Shown here: one piece after another, positions 58,172-64,000 of the stretch
Position numbering within the stretch: the stretch's first letter is position 1
How the letters are laid out: the number at the start of each line of letters is the position of its first letter
Assembly (NCBI GenBank): GCA_024400815.1
Contig: JAKSMD010000002.1
Span: forward strand, 4,587 to 68,586
Reading direction: 5' to 3'
DNA from: Bacteroidales bacterium
GTDB taxonomy: Bacteria > Bacteroidota > Bacteroidia > Bacteroidales > WCHB1-69
DNA: 64,000 bases
Notes under the pieces: generated by a model
Database searches by the model: none
What the model saw: only the letters and a program-made list of their open reading frames with translations
Told to the model about the DNA's origin: nothing
Program-made: the position numbers and the translations under genes

Positions 58172-59985
58172 TGAACTTGTCCGGGGAACCACATAGCAGA
58201 TACGCGCACAGTCAGCAGAAAATCCACATTGCGACCTATAAGGACCGCATCCATCGGATTATGCAGATTTGTAGTGCGGTGATTTCCCTCACCACGATTG
58301 TCTTCATTATTATCTACCATGGATTCTACATCTCATTGGAAATGAAGCAGTTTATTCGCTGGTTTATCTATGGCAGTTTGTTTTTCTATGTCATCAAATA
58401 CTTTACCTTCCTCTTCTACTCGCTCCATCGAAAGCAGTTCCTGCGACGATCGTGGTTCGAATGTGCGATGATCTGCATCCTCATCTTGCAGTTCATCTCG
58501 CATCTGTTCTTCCGCTCGGATGATCAATTGATGAACTCCACAAACTTCGAAAACTACTACCTGCTGTTCATTCAGTTCTACTTCCTCATCATTGTCTTAA
58601 TAGAATTGGCTAAAATGAGCAGTTCCTTAGGAAAATACAACCTCAGTCCGCCCATTCTGATGGTGGCCTCCTTCCTGATACTCATCATTTTCGGTACTAT
58701 ATTATTGTGTATGCCGCGTATGACCACCAACGGCATCACTTTTATTGATGCCCTATTTACGGCCACCAGTGCCAGTTGCATCACGGGGTTGAGTGTGGTC
58801 AGCACCTCCGCTTGCTTTACCGTCAAAGGACAGATCATCATCATGATACTCATCCAGTTAGGCGGTATGAGTATCTTGTCCTTCGCTACCTTTTTCACCA
58901 CCTTCCTGTCACGCTCTTATGTGGGACTGCGCTATCAATATCTGGTGCGCGACATGATGTCCACCGACCAACTTTCAGACTCCTTCACATTGCTGCGAAG
59001 TATTGTGCTAACAACCTTTATCATAGAACTTTCTGGTGCAGCACTGCTCTTCACCTATTGGAAAACCACGGGCTGTTTCGTGTCTAATTCAGAAAACCTA
59101 TTCTACTCCTTCTTCTATACTATTTCGGCATTCAACAACGGCGGTTTTGTCTTAGTGGATAAAAGCTTGCTCGAATTAGGCGTTTCCAACAGCTATTTTC
59201 CGCAGGTGATCATCATGTCTCTGGTGTTCTTAGGCGGCATCGGGTTCCTCACTATTCGTGACTTCTTCGGCTTCCGCTACATCAAAGAACGAAACAAATA
59301 CCATTGGAAGCAGCTGATGCCGCAAACCAAAGTTGTACTCGTCACCACTTTGGGCATCATCTTCACCTGTTCCATACTTTTCTTCTTATTAGAGAAAAAC
59401 AACACCCTCAGCGGACAGAAGAATCTATTCGACAAAATATTCACCTCCATCTTCGAAATTGTCACTTGCCGGACTTCTGGATTTATGATCTTAGATGTCA
59501 ACAAGATGGCCTTGCCCACCATCCTTATGATTTTAGTCATCATGTTTATCGGTGGCTCACCGGGCTCAACCGCTGGCGGGGTGAAGACGACCACTTTCTT
59601 CGTACTGATAAAATCTGTATTGGCCACCATCCAAGGAAAGCAACACATTGAATTTCAACACAAAACCATCTCATTCAATTTGGTAGATAGAGCCAATTCC
59701 ATCATCATGATGTCCTTCACATTCATTTTGACATCCTGCTTTGTACTCACCATTGTTGAACCCAATGTTTCCTTATTGCATGCGCTATTCGAAACCACCT
59801 CGGCTTTCACCACATGCGGTTTGTCCACAGGAGTTTGCGCCGAATGGGGATGGGCGGCTAAAACCATTCTAATTATTAATATGTACTGCGGCCGTATAGG
59901 CACCCTGACTTTGGCATTCGCCTTAACCAAGCACAAAAAGGAATCCAGACATCAATATCCGGAAATGTATATGATGGTCGGTTAG
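58171..59985 (+). CDS. trkH: TrkH/KtrB family potassium transporter with ~155-aa N-terminal 4-TM extension
   Basis: Repeated pore-loop motifs (TATSASCITGLS, ISAFNNGGF, TCRTSGF, TSAFTTCGLS). Start overlaps the trkA stop (TAATG). Confidence 0.9.
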   Translation: MNLSGEPHSRYAHSQQKIHIATYKDRIHRIMQICSAVISLTTIVFIIIYHGFYISLEMKQFIRWFIYGSLFFYVIKYFTFLFYSLHRKQFLRRSWFECAMICILILQFISHLFFRSDDQLMNSTNFENYYLLFIQFYFLIIVLIELAKMSSSLGKYNLSPPILMVASFLILIIFGTILLCMPRMTTNGITFIDALFTATSASCITGLSVVSTSACFTVKGQIIIMILIQLGGMSILSFATFFTTFLSRSYVGLRYQYLVRDMMSTDQLSDSFTLLRSIVLTTFIIELSGAALLFTYWKTTGCFVSNSENLFYSFFYTISAFNNGGFVLVDKSLLELGVSNSYFPQVIIMSLVFLGGIGFLTIRDFFGFRYIKERNKYHWKQLMPQTKVVLVTTLGIIFTCSILFFLLEKNNTLSGQKNLFDKIFTSIFEIVTCRTSGFMILDVNKMALPTILMILVIMFIGGSPGSTAGGVKTTTFFVLIKSVLATIQGKQHIEFQHKTISFNLVDRANSIIMMSFTFILTSCFVLTIVEPNVSLLHALFETTSAFTTCGLSTGVCAEWGWAAKTILIINMYCGRIGTLTLAFALTKHKKESRHQYPEMYMMVG

Positions 59986-60021
59986 AAAAAAATGTGAACT
60001 TATTCGCTGCCTGAATATTTC

Positions 60022-60891
60022 CTACAAGCTGTCGTAAGTGTTGACCAAATCTTCAGCCATACCCATGAACATCAGGGCAACTTGGTTGAAATCCATGTTC
60101 AAATCTTTGCTCAGGCCAATGCGATCTTTGAAGATCGCCACATTGTACCATTGCAAGCATTGGAAAGCACGATGAAAGTAGAGTCTTCGCAACTCATCAC
60201 TGGTCGGTTTATGCCCAACATACGTTTCCAACAAAGAAAGCGCTTTGTCAAAGCCTGCATTTCCATAGCAAGCAATATCGTAAAATGGGTCATTCATACC
60301 GGCATATTCCCAATCTAGAACATACAGCTTTTCGCCGCTAATGACCAAATTCGTAGGTTGGTAATCGCAATGGCAAGGCACTAATTTCACTTGCGCATAA
60401 GCGCGACGCATCTCTTCCATCTTGCTGCGCAGGAACAGATACTTTTCAGGATGTGTGAAACCCGTTTCACGACAAAAACGTTCATAATCGTCCAAACGTT
60501 TGAACGCATTGTAATCTCCAAACTTAAGGTCGCTGTTATGAAGTTGCTTCAGGGCCTTCACCGACATTTCATTATAAGAAACCACATCGGTATCGGACAT
60601 AATCGTTCCTTCCACATACTCGGCCAATTTCTCACCAGAGAGAATCTCCACATAATTGGTTTCGTTGTTGATGCCCAACTTGCAAACTTCTTGGATGTTG
60701 TTCCACTCTTCTACGCGATCGACAAATTTTTCAGCATATTTGCCTGGCACACGATAGGTGTATTTTTTACCCTTGCTTTCAACAACAAAAGTATAATTGC
60801 TCATGCCACCCTCCAATCTTTTTACAATCTTGGCATCCTGATTATGTAAAAGTGCATTTACACGATAAACAATGTAATCTTCAATATTCAT
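60022..60891 (-). CDS. phosphotransferase family kinase (choline/aminoglycoside kinase-like)
   Basis: Brenner motif CHCDYQPTNLV and LDWEYAGMNDPFYD, as in the APH/ChoK fold. Substrate not inferable. Confidence 0.75.
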   Translation of the reverse strand: MNIEDYIVYRVNALLHNQDAKIVKRLEGGMSNYTFVVESKGKKYTYRVPGKYAEKFVDRVEEWNNIQEVCKLGINNETNYVEILSGEKLAEYVEGTIMSDTDVVSYNEMSVKALKQLHNSDLKFGDYNAFKRLDDYERFCRETGFTHPEKYLFLRSKMEEMRRAYAQVKLVPCHCDYQPTNLVISGEKLYVLDWEYAGMNDPFYDIACYGNAGFDKALSLLETYVGHKPTSDELRRLYFHRAFQCLQWYNVAIFKDRIGLSKDLNMDFNQVALMFMGMAEDLVNTYDSL

Positions 60892-60968
60892 TTTCTAATA
60901 ATTTAAGTCTTTCTACTGCCAAATGACAGTTCATCATCTGTTTTAACGTAGGTTTTGAAAACGGGCAG

Positions 60969-60976
60969 CAAAAATA
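60969..60976 (-). promoter_or_regulatory. -7 box TATTTTTG upstream of the kinase-like gene
   Basis: TAnnTTTG followed by CTGCCCG, 78 nt to the ATG. Confidence 0.45.
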
Positions 60977-61080
60977 CAACAATTGGAGTTATCTTATTCA
61001 TTTGCGCCATACGATTTTGCTATTGATAAGGTTTTCAGCGAGAAAGGCCAAATTAAATTTTTTTATATAAGATTATTTCG

Positions 61081-61088
61081 TATTTTTG
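61081..61088 (+). promoter_or_regulatory. -7 box TATTTTTG upstream of the OmpA/TPR lipoprotein gene
   Basis: TAnnTTTG followed by CCCAC, 59 nt to the ATG. Confidence 0.5.
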
Positions 61089-61146
61089 CCCACTTTCACA
61101 ATAAGATTATAATTAACTAATTACTAAACAAATACATTTCTACACA

Positions 61147-62976
61147 ATGAAAAGAATTTACATTTTGGGATTAACAGTTCTCGTAGCTGCTTTAATGTCC
61201 AGTTGTGGTTTAGGAAAAATGGTGTCTAAATACCCCAATGTTTCCGTAACTTTAGACAATCCAGATTTGGAAAACAAAGGTGGTGAAGTATTTTATACCA
61301 TCAAAGGCACAGTTCCACCAAAATATTTGAAGAAGAAAGCCACTATGACCTTCTCACCGACTTTGAAGGTTGACGGCACCAACTTGACGACTCCGTTCAC
61401 CACCATCAAATTGAAAGGTGAAAAAGCACAAGGCGAAGGCACTACCATCAGCTGGAAGAACGGCGGCACCTTCACGCAAACCGGTTCATTCAAATTTGAC
61501 GAAAGCTATGAAACTGCTGAAATCGTAGCCCCTGCCATTGCTCAACTCAAAAAGAAGAGCGCAGAACTCAACCCTGAAAAGAACTTAAGCGAAGGCATCG
61601 CCAACACCTGCTCTCGCATTGGTTTGCAGCCCACCCTTTCTGAAAAGGGCGGCAACGGCACCTATTTCCTCTTCGCTCCGCACTATTTCACTCCGGAATT
61701 CATCGGCAAAACTGCCACCATCTACTTCGACCTCAACAGTTCCAATATGAACTGGAGCAACAAATACAACAAAAGCCAAGCGGCTAAGGACTCCATCAAT
61801 GCATTCGTGGACTTCTTGAACGAAGACCTCATCGTGGACCGCGTTATCATCTCCGGCTGGGCATCTCCAGAAGGTGAAGAAACCAACAACCAAGGCCTTT
61901 CTGAAAGACGTTTCGAACAAGGCAAAAAATGGTTCCAAGACCAATACAACAAATACCTCAAAGATTACGCTAAGAGAAACAAAATCAAAGTTAAAGACAT
62001 TCAAAAACCTTCATTTGAATACGTTAACAACGCTAAAGGCGAAGACTGGGACGGATTTGAAGCTGCTATTGAAAAATCCAACATGGCCCAAAAGAATCAA
62101 ATTCTCAATGTTGTAAAATCCCAATCCAGCAACGAAATGCGCGAACAGAAGATTCGCGAAATGACGGATATCTATCCTGAAATTTCCGACGTCATCCTTC
62201 CTCCTTTGCGCCGCGCTGAAATGTCTCTCGTTTGCAAAAAACACGACACCTACTCTGATGCTGAACTCATCAGCCGTGTGAAATCCACTCCGAAAGACTT
62301 CTCCATCAACGAACGCCTTTACGCTGCTTCCATTTCCCAAGACTTAGCTGAAAAAGAAGCTATCTACAAAGCCCTCATCAATGACGCTAACACCCAAGGC
62401 GACTGGAGAGCCTACAATGACCTTGGCGCTCTTAAACTCAACGCTTACTATAATGGCGGCACAGAACAAGACCTGTCTGACGCTATCAACTACCTTAACA
62501 AAGCGACTGCCATCTCCCCGAACAATGGCATTATCTTGAACAACTTGGCTATCGCTGAATTCTTGCAAGGCAACCTCACTGAAGCTCGCAATAACTTCCA
62601 AGCTTCCCAAGAAGCTTCTGTAGAAGCCATCAACCAAGACTACGCACTCGGCATGTTTGCTATCAAAGACGGCGACTACAACAAAGCTGCCCAACTGATG
62701 AACAACAAGAGCTGCGACTACAACACCGCACTCGTTCAAATCCTGAACAAAGACTACACTGCTGCTCAAGCCACCTTGAACTGCATTGAAAAAGTGGATG
62801 CTAAAACCGCCTATTTGAAAGCCGTCTTGGCCGCTCGCTTGAAAGACGAAGCTAAAGTTTACAGCAACCTTGAAACCGCTATCAACTTGGATGCTTCCTT
62901 AAAGAAGACAGCTAAGAGAGACGCTGAATTCAAGAAATACCGTCACACGGATACTTTCAAAAGCTTGGTGAAATAG
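61147..62976 (+). CDS. lipoprotein with OmpA-like segment and C-terminal TPR-like repeats
   Basis: Lipobox LMSSC. GWASPEGEETNNQGLSERR resembles the OmpA-family peptidoglycan-binding motif. The last ~200 aa are A/L/N/Y-rich TPR-like repeats. Confidence 0.7.
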   Translation: MKRIYILGLTVLVAALMSSCGLGKMVSKYPNVSVTLDNPDLENKGGEVFYTIKGTVPPKYLKKKATMTFSPTLKVDGTNLTTPFTTIKLKGEKAQGEGTTISWKNGGTFTQTGSFKFDESYETAEIVAPAIAQLKKKSAELNPEKNLSEGIANTCSRIGLQPTLSEKGGNGTYFLFAPHYFTPEFIGKTATIYFDLNSSNMNWSNKYNKSQAAKDSINAFVDFLNEDLIVDRVIISGWASPEGEETNNQGLSERRFEQGKKWFQDQYNKYLKDYAKRNKIKVKDIQKPSFEYVNNAKGEDWDGFEAAIEKSNMAQKNQILNVVKSQSSNEMREQKIREMTDIYPEISDVILPPLRRAEMSLVCKKHDTYSDAELISRVKSTPKDFSINERLYAASISQDLAEKEAIYKALINDANTQGDWRAYNDLGALKLNAYYNGGTEQDLSDAINYLNKATAISPNNGIILNNLAIAEFLQGNLTEARNNFQASQEASVEAINQDYALGMFAIKDGDYNKAAQLMNNKSCDYNTALVQILNKDYTAAQATLNCIEKVDAKTAYLKAVLAARLKDEAKVYSNLETAINLDASLKKTAKRDAEFKKYRHTDTFKSLVK

Positions 62977-63072
62977 AAATCTGTGGACTGTAAACCGACA
63001 CACTCGGTTCTTGTTGTTCACTATGATATTTTGAATATAAGCTTTGGCTTAAAAAAATGAACATAGAATAAA

Positions 63073-63114
63073 GGTGGTTTGCAGAAGACACGCTCTTTGC
63101 AGACTGCCTTTTTT
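63073..63114 (+). terminator. candidate terminator after the lipoprotein gene
   Basis: 11-pair stem that includes three G-U pairs (GGTGGTTTGCA/TGCAGACTGCC), followed by TTTTTT. Confidence 0.5.
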
Positions 63115-63135
63115 CATCAATAAAACCCCTTGAAA

Positions 63136-64000
63136 ATGACAGAAAACCGAAACATGGCCATCGCCTACGATTTTGACGGCACACTTGCGCCAGGAAACAT
63201 GCAGGAGTACAACTTTATTCCCGACCTCAACATGGACAAAGGTGCGTTTTGGGAAGAAGCCAACGAACTCGCGCGCAAACACGATATGGACGAGGTGCTG
63301 GCCTATATGCACCTGATGCTCATCAAAGCCAAGGAAAAGAACATCCCCATCCGGGAAGAAGCCTTCATGAAATATGGGGAGAAAATCACCTTTTTCCCAG
63401 GGGTAGAGACCTACTTTGAACGCATCAATGCGTATGCAGCCTCCAAAAACATCCATTTGGAGCACTTCATCATCTCTTCGGGATTGCGTGAATTTGTGAA
63501 AGGGACGGCCATCGGCAAGTATTTCAAGACCATCTACGCCTCAGGGTTCCAATACGATGAAAACGGGTGCGCATGTTGGCCCGCCTTAGTAGTGAATTAC
63601 ACCAACAAAACGCAGTTTCTGTTCCGCATAAACAAAGGGATTTACAATTCCTATGATAACACATTAATCAACAAGTCTATGCCAGAAGACGAGCGCGCCG
63701 TGCCCTTCTCCAACCTCATCTACATTGGCGATGGTGAAACGGATGTGCCCGCTATGAAGATGGTGAACCTCTATGGCGGCACAACCATTGCGGTCTATAA
63801 CCCCAAATCCGTCGCCACCGCCCATCGTCCCAAGTCTTCCAAGGAAATCTGCCTCGACCTCATCCGCCACAACCGTGCCGACTACATCGCGCCCACCAAC
63901 TACACCGAAGGCGGCGAACTCGACATCATGCTCAAGAAAATCATCGACAAAGTCGCTATGGAACAAGACCTGCTCGGAATTAAGTACAAGGAAGTGACGA
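63136..64000 (+). CDS. HAD-superfamily hydrolase, 3' end cut by window edge (not in supplied ORF track)
   Basis: Frame 1 is open from ATG 63136 to nt 64000 (288 codons, translated by hand with no stop). HAD motif I AYDFDGTL and motif IV YIGDGETDVPAM. Confidence 0.75.
   Translation, partial: MTENRNMAIAYDFDGTLAPGNMQEYNFIPDLNMDKGAFWEEANELARKHDMDEVLAYMHLMLIKAKEKNIPIREEAFMKYGEKITFFPGVETYFERINAYAASKNIHLEHFIISSGLREFVKGTAIGKYFKTIYASGFQYDENGCACWPALVVNYTNKTQFLFRINKGIYNSYDNTLINKSMPEDERAVPFSNLIYIGDGETDVPAMKMVNLYGGTTIAVYNPKSVATAHRPKSSKEICLDLIRHNRADYIAPTNYTEGGELDIMLKKIIDKVAMEQDLLGIKYKEVT

Noticed and set aside
1-64000. Search for mobile elements, a prophage, a defence island, tRNA or rRNA genes, or a sharp compositional break.
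   Set aside because: I found no integrase, transposase, recombinase, restriction, Cas, toxin-antitoxin or phage structural motifs in any frame. No cloverleaf-like sequence appeared in the intergenic gaps. Composition looks uniform by eye, though I could not compute GC or codon statistics.

Overview
This 64-kb stretch comes from a Bacteroidota chromosome, Bacteroidales and probably Prevotella-like. It is almost entirely housekeeping genes at about 90% coding density. I can support 56 protein-coding genes. Two are cut by the window edges, and one of these (a HAD-type hydrolase at 63136 to the end) is missing from the supplied ORF track because it has no stop codon in the window. I found no rRNA, tRNA, CRISPR array, transposase, integrase or phage genes. 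The phylum call rests on four things: two T9SS C-terminal sorting domains, a gingipain-type C25 peptidase, the nusB-DUF1573-yajC block, and about 25 intergenic copies of the Bacteroidota -7 promoter box TAnnTTTG. The ORF track accepts TTG and GTG starts, so I trimmed many N-termini to the first ATG downstream of a -7 box. Content includes proline catabolism (pruA), primase, folate and purine genes, class II RNR, metK, hydG, ackA, grpE-dnaJ, Trk potassium uptake, a Na/Pi cotransporter with a divergent two-component pair, a TonB-dependent receptor and T9SS cargo proteins. I see nothing I can confidently call a new system. The best candidate is a STAS antagonist gene coupled to a MATE-type transporter that carries a degenerate SpoIIAB-like C-terminal domain. 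Lesser candidates are a CCG (HdrB/LutA-like) protein placed directly behind nrdJ, a promoter-driven 25-aa hydrophobic mini-ORF with a long hairpin upstream of metK, and a structured metK leader. All function calls come from reading the translations by eye, with no database search. Hand-located small motifs may be off by 1-2 nt.
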